From positions 186,001 through 250,000 of the forward strand of contig QPGO01000119.1 in the NCBI GenBank assembly GCA_008632985.1: a stretch of 64,000 bases of DNA, written 5' to 3'. The notes beneath the pieces are model-generated. The model was not told the DNA's origin. It saw nothing but the letters and a program-made list of their open reading frames with translations, and did not search any database. Positions 24,847 to 36,530 of the stretch are shown here, piece after piece; position 1 is the stretch's first letter, and every line of letters begins with the position of its first letter. This DNA is from Psammoneis japonica. Lineage: Eukaryota. Both the position numbers and the translations under genes were made by a program.

Positions 24847-26342
24847 ATGATGCTGCAGAATCAACCTTTTCCAGAGGAATCCCTGAACAAAGTTCTAGCT
24901 GTCAAGGCTCCACCGCTACCGCAGTGGCAAACTTTCTTTTTCCCTGCCATTGCGTCGACCATGGCGGCGCCCTTTTCCAACCCCTTTGGGTGGCAAGGAC
25001 GCAACTGCAGTTGATCAAAGGCAAGGGAGGTTTTGGAGTCTCGGGCTTTTTTCGTTTGGCAATTGCGACGGATGTTTGTATCTTGCAGCGTGCCCTTGTA
25101 CCCGTCATGATGAGGGAGACGACTCAAAATCTGTTTCGCATCGGGGCGTTCCAACCCATTCTCGACGCGGTGCATGACCCCAACCATGGGCAACAGGGTT
25201 CATCGTCGTCGTCTCCTTCTCCACCGGCCTGGAAACGAATGATTGCGGGTGGAATCAGTGGCGCGTTGGGATTCTTTATTTGCAATCCATTCGAAATTGT
25301 GCGGACCAAGGTGCAGGCCCAGCCCATCACCAAACCAACGATTGGCAGTGCGGCCACTACGCTCGGACCGTATCGCATTGCTCAAATCATCTTGGAGACG
25401 GATGGGTTCAAAGGATTCTTTCGTGCCGGTGGAGCGAGTGTGGCACTGGGTGTGGTTTGCACATCGGTCAATCTCACGTCGTATACGATGTTGCATGAGT
25501 ACGTGTTGCAACAGGGATACCACGATACCGCCGTCGTGGACATGACGTGTGCCTTGTTGAGTGGATTTCTTTCGGCCTTGGCAATGAATCCAATCGATGT
25601 TATTCGGACTCGTCTCATGGCGCAATCGTCTGGCTCCGGCCAACATCGTGTGTATCGTGGAATGTTTGACGCAGCCTACAAGATCTTCCAGAAAGAAGGA
25701 CCGGCGGCCTTTTTGAAGGGATTTACCCCATCCTTTTTGCGAATCGGTCCGCACTTTGTCTTGACATTTGTCTTTTTGGAACAAATGCGCCGCATGGCAA
25801 AAGAGGACAACGTCCGACGTGCACGCGATGGATGGTTGATGGGTATATTTTCTAGTATCGACGAAGACTGCAACGGTGAAATTGACCAAATGGAACTACA
25901 GAATGCGCTACAAATGGCCGATCCGACAAGAGATGTGTCTACGGCGAAAAAGATTGTCAATAGCATTTTCGCCGAAGCCGATCAAGACCGCAATGGTGTC
26001 ATTGACGTGAACGAGTTTCTGCACGCGGCTTGCACACAGAAACTGGATCACATTATCCGTGAACAGCAACTCGTGGCTCTGTTTCGGTCCCTGGACGAGG
26101 ACGAGGATGGTTTCGTTTCGGAAAAAGAAATGTACGACGCCTTTCGCCGTACTACTGCGTTTCAAGGGACCGACGACCGGGACCTTCGACACGCTGTACA
26201 CCGTATCATGAAAAAAGCTGACATTGACGGTGACGGCAAGATCTCGTTTGTTGAACTCTGTGGTGCCTTTGAATATATGGAAGATTTGCGGGATAGCCGC
26301 CTTCTCCGAGAAAAAGCTCGCCATGCGAGTGTCGCCCTGTGA
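24847..26342 (+). CDS. Mitochondrial carrier (SLC25/MCF) protein with four C-terminal EF-hands; apparent 1-nt frameshift near 24990
   Basis: Carrier signatures NPF[E]VARTQLQ (split by the frameshift), NPFEIVRTKVQ, NPIDVIRTRLM and KGFTPSFLRIGPHFVLTF. EF loops DEDCNGEIDQME, DQDRNGVIDVNE, DEDEDGFVSEKE, DIDGDGKISFVE. Confidence 0.9.
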
Positions 26343-26467
26343 AGACAATCTCATGTTGTCACAACCGCTGGAGTTCTGGCATTCCTTCACCCCACACCCA
26401 TTAACAGTTACCCAAACATTTCAAGACTACTGTCCCATCAAGAAACCTTGATGTAGAAATGTCTCCA

Positions 26468-26770
26468 ACTTTGGTGTAGCTTTCTTGACGTCCAACAAGG
26501 TATCCGTATCGCCCTTGGGCAATTTGTACTAAAATGGGGGTCCTTTTTGATTTCCATGATTGTCACGGCCTATCGTGTGTCGAGAATTATCAAGGAGGTG
26601 GAGGCAGAGCGGAAGAATACTAGTAGGTGTGTTGACTTGTTTGAGCTCTGCGTCCTTGTAATTTTCGCTATTCGACCGAGTCCACAACAGCCGAGACTGA
26701 TTATTGTTTTTCACACATTACTAAATCGTGCCCGTCATTGCGTTCCCTGCAATTCCTGCTCGATTCGGCC
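26468..26770 (+). pseudogene. Degenerate copy of the 3' end and downstream flank of the membrane-protein gene (source ~20463-20900)
   Basis: Shared ttcttgacgtcc, atcgcccttgggcaatttgta, tcctttttgatttccatgattgtcacggc, aacagccgag and aatcgtgcccgtcat. Confidence 0.8.
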
Positions 26771-26799
26771 TTTTCTTGTGTGTGTCTACCCTCTCTGCT

Positions 26800-26898
26800 T
26801 TCAGAAGAATGCCGTTTGAAAAAACAAAGGGTGTGCAACAAATGAGCAGGCCGAAATCCCCGGTGGCATGTTGCCTTCACCTTCAAGAAGGCCCCACA

Positions 26899-26971
<73 letters not shown>

Positions 26972-29900
26972 CCCACAGCTCCATGTCCGTTCTGACCCCA
27001 CCCCATGGCCTCCCTCCAGATGACACTCTGCACAAGACAATCTGCTGTTGCTTGTGCAGGCACATGGTTGTGGTGAGCACATGCACTTGTGTGTGTTGTG
27101 CATTTGTTGTTTTTGTGCAGCACCAGCTGCTGCCACGGCAGGGCTCATGTTGACAGAGTGCACCAAAAATTTTTTGGGACGTGGGCCTTTTTCAAAAATT
27201 TCCTTTTTGGTCACAGCTTGGGCATGACTTGGGAGTGCTTTTGGAATGATCCCAGAACACTGGAGTGCAGGAATGAATGACAAAATGCGTTCATTGAGTG
27301 GCATCTCAACTTTGGAGCTGTTGACAAAAACACTCCAGGGCTTGTTTGTTGTCAACCCACCAACCCAGCAGCTGCAATGCAACCTGACAGTTTGGCTGCA
27401 GCTGCCGAAACTTAAAACAGTGCCAAGGCTTCTAAGAGCTGCCTTTTCTTTTTTGGGGAAAACAGGTGCTGGTTTTGATGGTGGTGCACCTCTCTCTTGG
27501 CAATGAACCGTCATCATCCAGGAAATTTTTGCATTGTTGCATCATGCTTGGATGGTTGGAATGACAAGTCACAATGATGCTGCACTGGTCTTGTTGGCAC
27601 ATTGACAGGCTCTGGAGTTGGCTCCCTAAATGAGCTCAAATGTTTGAGTGCTTTCTCTGAATGCTCCTTCTTTTGAAGCACTTTGGGGCGGCTTTGTGGC
27701 ACAACATGATGCAATGGGAGAAGCTGCCGTCTAAAACCAAGTGCCTTGGAAGAATGAGAGCCCCCCAAGAGACCATCCCTCAAAAAGAAGAGTGGATTGA
27801 GATGGTCACAAGTGGCTCAAGCCAGAGCGTGGGGCAGAAGAGTGTTTTTCATGTTGTGCTGCACACTCAGCTCAGAGCATTTTGCAACTCTCACACTCAA
27901 TCTCTCTGCCACAGGCACAAAAAAACAACAGCCCAAAACACACTTGCTGTGCCCAAAGTGAGTGCCAGGGGCAAGTCAGTGCTTCAGGCCAACTCAAAGT
28001 CTGTTCTCCTCATCTTTCACTGAGGATCACCTGGCTGGATGCTGCTCAGGCAGATGCCAGCGAACAAAAAGAAAATGAGTCCAGGTGCAGGCCCACAAGA
28101 GATCAGTGCAGGTGCAGGCTGCAAAAAAATTTGAAATGCCCGCTGGTCAAATTTTGCACTGAGCTGCAAAAATTGAAAGACAAAGCTGGCTTTTCTGTCC
28201 AGCCTGTGCACACAAAGCACCAGAGCAGCGCTGTGCATGATGATGGCAATTCATGACATTGTGCTGCAGCACATGACAAAAAAGGATGACAATGTCTTCT
28301 CACAGTGCATTCCCCCCCTCTTGCCTCCTGCCCTCTTGTTTTGAGAGATGAGGACCTTGGCAAGGAAAAGGACAAGCCAGTGGCCACCATCAGCTTGTTT
28401 TCTGTGACATGTTGCAGGGCCACCCCCGTTGGCATGGAAAATGGGGGGTGTCCTCAGAACCACACAGCGCCCTCAGGCTTTTGATTTTGCAGCCCATGCA
28501 CAAGGGTTCTGTCAACAAGACAGACCACATGATGGCACTTGTCGATGAAGCATCTTTGGGCATGTTTGCTTCTGACATTTCTGGACTCAAGCACCAGCAC
28601 CGAATGGCAGCGGTGGCTGGATTTTGTGGTGCACCTCCAAGAGACCCCGGTCCCAGCATTGGACAACATGGAGTCACCCAGTTGTGCTGTGTTGGCAGAG
28701 GAGGCAAAAGCCCAAGGTGACCTTGAGAACAGGGGTGAGCAGCAGTGCAAGTGCCCAGAGACCCTTTCTGACCAGCTGTCCTCTGTGAGGTTGCCAGGCA
28801 GCAATGTGCTGGGCACCAGCTGCTGCCACTCCTTTGCCCACTCAAGTGTCAAGAAAAGTTGGCATGGTGTGTCTTTTGGGAGGTGAGGGTTGTTCAAGGA
28901 GATTGCCCACACTGGCTTCAGAGCTGAAGACTTGACATGCTCTGCTCCTTGCCCTGACAAAAAGAGCACTGCTGCTGCCCTCATTGAGATCCAGCTTGTG
29001 CCCAGGCACATCCTTGTCAACCAGAGGAGCAACAACATGCCCAAGCAATGCTCGAAGCAACTCAACCCTTGATCTGGGTCCATTTTTTGATGATGCAAAA
29101 CACACTCAATCTCCAAGGATGGAGCTTGTTGGGTGCTTCAAGAGTGCTTTGTGAAGAGCCTTGTCCTGCTGGCGGTGCAAGGCCTTGATGACATCACATC
29201 TCACCCACTGTGTTGCTCATCAAGCACCCAGTCACAACTGACATGTCATTTGGTTGCAAAATGCAACTAAAACAACCACGGCACATCAAAAAATTAGCCA
29301 ATCTCTTGAAAAACATTTTTAGAGTTGCAACAAACTGTGCCACAGCCAATCTTTAGAAGAAGAAGAAGAAGACTTTCAACAAACATCCTTTTGCCTCATT
29401 GCCATTGGCTGCTGCCAATGCCAATCACCGAGAACACTCTTGATTGTGTGTCAACCTCAGCATTTTTTCTTGACTGGTCACAGAGATCAGTTTGCACATT
29501 GGCGTCAAGCTTCTGGCTGAGTTTGTCACCACCAATGCCATTTTGAAGCAAACCCAGGAAAGCATTTGAGTCACCCTTTCTGCCTTTGCATCCAACCATG
29601 GCACCTGCCCCACCCGGTGCTCCCACAAGCTGATGTGAGAACTCAAGACAATCTTCTCTGGAATTGGACTCAAGAGCCAACCACCACCAATGTCACCCCT
29701 GCAAGGCAGAATCCATCAGACTCATGGAGTTGACATTGCAGGATCAAAGTTGAATGACAACTGCAGCCAGACCAAGACACACACCTGTCATTTTGCATCA
29801 CAGCATTGTCACCCCAAAGCTCTTGATTTGATCAAGTGCTCTCTCTGAGTTCAACAAGCTTCCGCAATGACTTCCAAGTTCAATGGTTGACTTGAGATTT

Positions 29901-31840
29901 TGAACGGTCCTGTCAATGATTTGGACAAGGGTCATTTTGTCAAGACTGTCCGTGAGCCTCATGTCAAGAAAGCAGATGGCACGGTTGCCTGCATCTTTGA
30001 CAACCCACATGAGTTGTTTGCAGCAGACCTTTGCAATGAATGCTCCTCCCACTCAGCAGCCAAGGACAACTCAGCCTGCGACAACATCAAGGTTGATGAT
30101 GTTTGGCTTTCTCAGCTTCTGGTTCTGTCTGGAATCACAAATGCCTGTTTTTCTGCATGAGCACCCATTGGCAATTTCTGCATGAAATTCTACAAAGATG
30201 GTGTTTTGTGCTGGGTTCCCCAAGACTCCTTTGGCCACTCACATCCATGGCACACCTCTGTTTTGGCATGATGTGCAATGCTTTTGAGTGGAAAAAGAAT
30301 GGCATCAAAACCTCATGGCTCGCATGTTCATCATTCTTTTTGGCAATTTTTTGAAAATTCAGTGCACTTGCTGCACAGGATCCAGTGCAAATTCTGGGTG
30401 CTTTAGAAACATCCTGCAATGACCAATTCATCAATGGTGCAAACTGCTTCCATCCACACCCATCAGTCCCCAATGATTTCTTCAGCCCTTGCTGGCCAAT
30501 CAAGACTTGTTTTGCTTTGAGAACTGCATGCTTGTTGCTTCGGTTCATTGAGAGTCCAAATGTGGAGGTGGGTTGTTTGCCACATTAAATTGTGCCTGTC
30601 ATTGCTCCTGCACATTTGCTGCAATTTCTGCTGATTCAGTCTCAAGCATGGGGTGGGGCTGCATTGGGACACATGTTGGACCACAACACTCTCCTGTCTG
30701 TTGTCATGACACATGCCAGAACAGTCTCAAGTGTTTTTCCAGAAAAGTGAGCAAAATCTCTTCAAATGCATGGCACAACATCATGGTGGATGTGCTCTTG
30801 TGATCTGCATCCATGCACTGCAATGGCAATTGGCAGATGGATGGACAGGACTGCACAACAACAGTGGCAGGTCTGTCACTCATCCATCAATCCACTCCAA
30901 ACGCAGAGCAGCAGCCAGCACTCCTTTGCACACAAGCTTTGAACAATGCACACAGTTTTTGATGCTTGGGCACACTGACACAGCACTTGTCCTGCCTGGA
31001 AAATGTTTCAGGACATGTTTGTGCCTGCCCAATGACACATCTCAGACTGGCAGCCAGCAGCAGGCACAGGAGAAGCTCTGAGCAGCTCTGGTCATGGGGG
31101 GGCTTCTGGCAAAAAAAAAGAGAGTGTTGGCACTGCTGATGTCTGAGAGGAGGTGCCAAACATCCCCTTGTGCTGTTGTTCCTCTCAGAGCAGCCCACCA
31201 CCCTCTCATGCAGCATGGCCATAAAAGTTGGCAATGAACAGCTGTGCTGCAACAAGGCCTGGGGGGTTGCACCCAGCGCTGCTGGCTGGCTGGGGAGGAA
31301 ACTTTTTTGGCTTTTTGTCAGCAACAAAGCACAGCAGCCACACAATGCTGTGTGAGAGACAAGCTTGGCTGCTGGCCATTTTTTGTGGGTTTCAGAGTCC
31401 AACAAGCAAGGGAGCAGAGAGAGGGGAGCTTGGGGCCCTGGTGTGCAAGAGAGAAGCACGGACAAAGAAAGAAAAAGAGAGTGCGCTGCACCCCCGCCAG
31501 CTTTTTTTTTGTCAGCCAGTCTGTCTCTAAATGAACCCAACAAGCAGCAGTCAAGCAGCACCACTTTTTATTGAGAAACCCACCTGGCAGCAAAACAAAG
31601 TTGAACTGGCTTTCCCAGCTGCTGTGCTGGGGGTGCCCACATGGAAGTTTTGGGCACCACACTGGATCCTCCCAGCGTGTCTCAGATCATTGCTTTGTTC
31701 CTCTCTCAGACAGGTTGCATTTCTCTTTTTCTTTTTTGTTGCCACTCCACTCCTTCCACTCCTGGTTGTGCCTTTGTGTCAGTGTGCAGTTGCTCTGGTT
31801 GTCAACAACCGCCCTCCTTTGGCAGCTTCTCCTTGGCTGC
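26800..31840. repeat. TpA- and CpG-depleted degenerate block, probably TE-derived; includes repeat copy 3 (~30830-31920)
   Basis: About 5 kb nearly lacking TA and CG. No protein family assignable by eye. Confidence 0.65.
26903..26968. repeat. (CA)33 microsatellite
   Basis: Seen directly. Confidence 0.97.
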
Positions 31841-32119
31841 TGCTCTAGAGCTGCTCTAGAGAGCGGATTTTGCGATTGGGTGTCGCTTCAAGCGGTCATT
31901 GGAAGAGTCGTTCAATGACTCAAAGATGTGTCCATTCCACTCAGTGTCGTGCATGTCGTACTGCTTCCGAGTCACGCTTTGGCGCGACTCAACCGGGTCA
32001 CTGCATTGCACCCGCAATAACGTGATGAAGAGGCGATCTTGACAAGATTCAAGATTGAAGATATGGTGAGGGAAAAAAAAAAATCCGTCACACCACAACA
32101 AATCAATGAGATTTTCAAG

Positions 32120-34058
32120 ATGTTAACTTCCTTTGTATTATTTGCCTTTATTGTTTTTGTCATTGGAAATGGGCAAACTGCCGCGCAGGAACAATTCCGT
32201 TGGGCGTCGTCGGGTGGCGGTTGGCGTGCCATGTCTGCCAACATGGCGTACGCCAATGTGTTTCGTCAAGCCGGCCTCATGAGCGACGCATCCACAAGCT
32301 TCAAGGCGATTTCGACCGAATCTGGATCTTCTTGGTTCAGCATACAGCTCTTTTACTCTCAGCCTTTCTTTGATAATGTCACCAAGTCGTCTCCCACAGA
32401 ACTCTCGGACTTTGTTTTGGCGTGGATGAACTCTTATCAAAACTTTACAGAGAGTCTCACTCAGAATCCCAAGTGTGACTTTCTCGAAAGCATTGTGGAT
32501 ATTCCTCCGTTTCAAGAGCTCGCAGATTTCTGCAACATATTTGTCGACTTTGATGGTGAATGGGCGGCCTTTGTCAGTGGCATGTTGACAAGTGCGTCTT
32601 TTAACTACGGGGACCCCAATCTGGTGAATCGTAGCGTGAGTGCCACCGACCGTATCCCAGCCATGGCGGAGACTGATCTCTATGTGCAAACCTCTTTGAC
32701 ACCCAATAGTCGATTCCGTGAGTCAAATGTGGGAAACTACATTGGTCCCGGCGGAGCAGATGCCGAAAAAGTCTATTCACTCCCGATTTGCGTTCAGTGG
32801 ACCGTGGCGAACGACAGCACTCTCTACTACAGCACAGTCCCGGACAGCGCCTTTCCACTCATGGCGCATGAAAAGAGTATTCCAGAAAACTTTGAATTCA
32901 GCGACTGGAATAACTTTCCCTTCTTCCCCAGCAATGACCAAGACACAATATTGATGGATCGTCCTCTCGAATCCAGTCGGGCCGGGGACTTTACGAATCC
33001 GTTCGGGGGCTCGGATCCAACGGTTGGGCAGATTGCCTCTGCGAGTTCGGCTGCGATTGGGTATTTTTCTCCTCTTGTACCAAGTACATTGGCTCAGTAT
33101 TTGTCCGTCACTCGGTACGGCATTCAAAACTCCAACGCGTCCTTGGCGGAACGAGAAGCGGCACTTGCAGCTCTCACTGATGCAGCCAACCAACTTTACG
33201 GAGATTCAATCTTTGATGGTCTTTCTGTTTGTGACCAGTGGCCCGAGGAGTGTACAGCTGTGAATGGTCGATTCATTGATGGCACTTTTACGGACAGTCC
33301 GACATTGGCACTCAACATTGGTCAATACCAGACACGCGAGGGTGGCGACCTTTCGGAAACACTCAAAATCATTTTGACAAACGACAACAATGCAGGGTAT
33401 CTTCCCGAAAATGTTCTTGCATATTTCAACACGACGTTCAACGCAAATGTAGAACCTGGAGGATTTCTATGGCCTGCAAACTACTCGGAGTTTTTCAGTT
33501 TACCCGTCGCGTCTCCCCAGATATTTAGCGAATTCTTGGACGTGGAAACTTTGGACAATATTACAGAGTCGATTGAGGGAATTAACGTCACTACGGCCCT
33601 TATCAATGCCACCACTATTGAGAATCCCCTCTTCAAGACCAAAGCTGGCCAGCCAGTTGAAATTCTTCTTTTGCGTCTCAACAGTGATGTGCCTACCGTA
33701 ATAATTGGTACACCTGAAATTGAAAAATACAAGGGCCCGCTCGCCGATATGGTGGAGGGCATTGCTGCCAGCGAAACTCTTGTCAATCGTGTCAAGAATT
33801 TATGAGTTCAGGAGCATCTGGTTCTCCCACCTCAAGCCCATCGAGCATCACTCCGCCGCCAATGTCCGCTTCGCCCACCGCGGGAGCGTCGGATTCATTA
33901 AGTCCATCAAGAGCTTTGTGCCAAACCCATCAACGACGCCAATGCCCACCCCGATCATCACTTCCACAGAGCCTCCAAGTGCCGGATACACGTTTCTTTG
34001 TTGCAGTCCATTACTCGTTGCGGTTGTGACGGCTTTGCTAATAACAGGACTGGTTTGA
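32120..34058 (+). CDS. Secreted patatin/PLA2c (lysophospholipase)-like protein, probably with a Ser/Thr/Pro stalk and GPI-type tail reached via two apparent frameshifts (~33795, ~33915)
   Basis: Signal-peptide-like MLTSFVLFAFIVFVIG; SGGGWRAM oxyanion motif; STESGSSW nucleophile-like motif; FIDG Asp motif. The main ORF ends at 33805; adjacent frames give SSGASGSPTSSPS... and ...SAGYTFLCCSPLLVAVVTALLITGLV*. Confidence 0.7.
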
Positions 34059-34699
34059 TGGAGCCTCGTTTTCCAAATTGGCTTGTGTTTCTCATGACGC
34101 AAAAGGCCTTTCCCCGAAGAGCATTTGTCTCTGTGATCTGAATTACTCCATTTTTGTCCGCCTATTTGGATAACTGTGCCACCGTCCGAGGGATGCAAAT
34201 CATACAGCCTGGTCCATCCGTGAGATGCAGGATGAAATTAATGGACGAGTTCCTCGGAGGACGCTCAAGAGAACGAAACTCTGGCGAGGCTGTAAAGGAT
34301 CTGGAGACTCGTTAACGTTGTTGTCATTCTAGACGATTTTCAAAGAGACAGCCCTCTGGAAACTTTTTCAAGGTTTGCTCTAGAGCTGATTCGTTGACGA
34401 TAGTAGACTGCCTCAAATTGTGAATTCCCACGTAGTCTAGCTACTTTTTGTAGTTCAGTGCATGATAGTCACTTGCTATTCCTCTCAGTTTTCCCATTAT
34501 TGCAGTTGTAACAGAAGATCTTTTGGTCACTGTTTGACGAATTACAGTACCGTACTACCGTTCCGACAATGCGTACAGTTTTGTCTTTTGGAAGAATCGT
34601 GACGCAAATAAGAGCAAGTAACTATCGATCAAAGGTAGCGCGACGTTGGTTCTCCTCAATAAAAGAGTGTCGTGGAAAGCCTTCTCCTGCCAAATGGGA

Positions 34700-34905
34700 G
34701 TTGCGTGTGGATTTTGATACTCTTTGTTGTACTGCTCTAGAAGACGGACTGCTACTGCTGTGCGCAACACTGCCTCACGATTCTAATTTTTTTTATTCCT
34801 TTTGAACAATGGCTTGATAAAATTCGTCAAAGGACATTCTTCCATCATGATTGGTATCCACCAAATCCATCAATTCCTTGGCTTGCACCGAATCCCTCAA
34901 AATAT
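34700..34905 (-). pseudogene. Displaced ~200-bp copy of the CDPK 3' end (last EF-hand plus 3' UTR; source ~39840-40068)
   Basis: Near-identical ttattccttttgaacaatggcttgataaaattcgtcaaagga...ccaaatccatcaattccttggcttg. Confidence 0.9.
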
Positions 34906-35083
34906 TGTTGGAATTGATGATTTATTTGGAGTTTCCGTGTCGCTCTCCGTCACGGGTGAGCATTCTGCAAAACAGGTCTCTCGCCCACAATGGTGTCAGA
35001 GGGAGGAGTGGTGTGTAAAAAGACGTTATACAAGATTCAAGTTACTTTAAACCCTTGTTACCTTGAAAGAGGCATTCAAGCCA

Positions 35084-35830
35084 TCAATCAACTTCAGGCA
35101 TCATCTGCACCGTGAGGAACTCATCGTTATCGGTCAACGTCATAGCGATCTCAACCTCAGGGACCGGGCAGAGTTCAAAATCATTGTCAAGGGGAGAAAC
35201 GAGCATGTCATCCCCATTGAGGTGAGCAAAGGACATCTCATCCATGACGATAGAGCCTTCAGGAGGGTCCTCATCCGCGGAGATCCGGTCTTCAGAGTCT
35301 GGTCCAAGGGAGATAATCGCCTCCCCCACGATAAAACCACATTGAGAGACCAAGTCGGGCTCCAGTTCTCTGACAAGAGTGGAGGTAATCTCGTCGTCTT
35401 CGTAGATCAAGGGCGGCGCATCATCATCAATAGCGACAACCATGCTTTTATCTTCCATGACAACAACAGGAGGGCCCTGTGCCGGGTCTTGATCCCCAAG
35501 ACTGCTCCTCATGGCGGACACACAATCTCGCAAGGTGGAGCTGACTTTGTATCTTGCTGAAATGGGGTGAACCTTGTGCCACTGTCCCGATTCAGCATTC
35601 TTGCGAAGAAAGCGACCGCCTTGGTGATCAATCAAATCAACAATCAACAGTGCGATGGAGGTCTTCTCGTTCTTGTTGGCGCGTGCGTACGCTGGTGCAA
35701 ACATTCCCGCAATCGCTCTCAAGTGGTTGTTGCCAGGGTGAGCGTTTGTGAGTCCACCACGGCCAAATAGGATATCTTGGTCGTTGTAGCCACCGAGTGC
35801 TTCATCATCATCAGGACGGAGAGAGCGCAT
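35084..35830 (-). CDS. DUF6824-type domain protein (diatom-expanded family) with acidic C-terminus
   Basis: DILFGRGGLTNAHPGN, K..IA..IV....QGGRFL, W..V...ARYKVSSTLRD. Confidence 0.85.
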   Translation of the reverse strand: MRSLRPDDDEALGGYNDQDILFGRGGLTNAHPGNNHLRAIAGMFAPAYARANKNEKTSIALLIVDLIDHQGGRFLRKNAESGQWHKVHPISARYKVSSTLRDCVSAMRSSLGDQDPAQGPPVVVMEDKSMVVAIDDDAPPLIYEDDEITSTLVRELEPDLVSQCGFIVGEAIISLGPDSEDRISADEDPPEGSIVMDEMSFAHLNGDDMLVSPLDNDFELCPVPEVEIAMTLTDNDEFLTVQMMPEVD

Positions 35831-36530
35831 CGTCGACGTTTACTTCGGATCCGCAGCAAGACTTATGACACGAGCCTCACTGAAGAATGAAGACTGTTCA
35901 GAGCACGGATCAATGTGGCATCGATCCTGCGTGCATGCTCCTCTCTCTCCGTCCTACCCCCCCTGCCAGCTGTTCTCCTTACTCTCCCCAGTTCTGTGCG
36001 CGCAAGCAATAAATGACATGTTGTGCAGTATGGCAAGCAAGGGCATCATGTTGGCGTGGTGGCAGGGAGGATACTGTCTATGAAGTGCGTCCCTCGTCCC
36101 TGCATGTCTGTGTGTTATGTGTGTTTTGTGTTTTGCGTTGTGGTCTTCGCGGTCTATATTGTATGTACTCTAGGGCCCTACCCAGTAGCATCTACTGTAT
36201 GTAGGCTCTACCGTACTGTACAGTACTGGTAGCACGAGGGAGCGAGGGACATATATATTTAAGGAAAAATGTATGGAGGGAGGGAAAACAGTTTCAGCCG
36301 TTTTATGTCCCATGAATTCATTACGTGGAACTTTCGTATGATGGACATGTAATATAAAACGTAGAAAGTCTATGAATGACATTTTAAAAAATCAAAGCAG
36401 ACGAGAATGCGTGCATGCATGATGAAGAGAAAGCAAAGGATGAAGATTGCTTCAAAGCTTCAGCGCACTCAAACAATAGAGAACAGAAAGAACTTACTGT
36501 ACCTTCAGCGGTCATCGCAAACTATTAAAC

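Noticed and set aside
24960..25010. Programmed ribosomal frameshift in the carrier gene (and similar sites at 20135 and 33795)
   Set aside because: No canonical slippery heptamer or stimulatory structure seen; an indel error is more parsimonious.
26903..26968. (CA)33 as a converted (TA)n tract
   Set aside because: Two-strand conversion would give mixed CA/TG; a pure CA run is ordinary slippage.
27150..30420. Specific transposase assignment for this block
   Set aside because: Translations in six frames gave no motif I could recognise with confidence.
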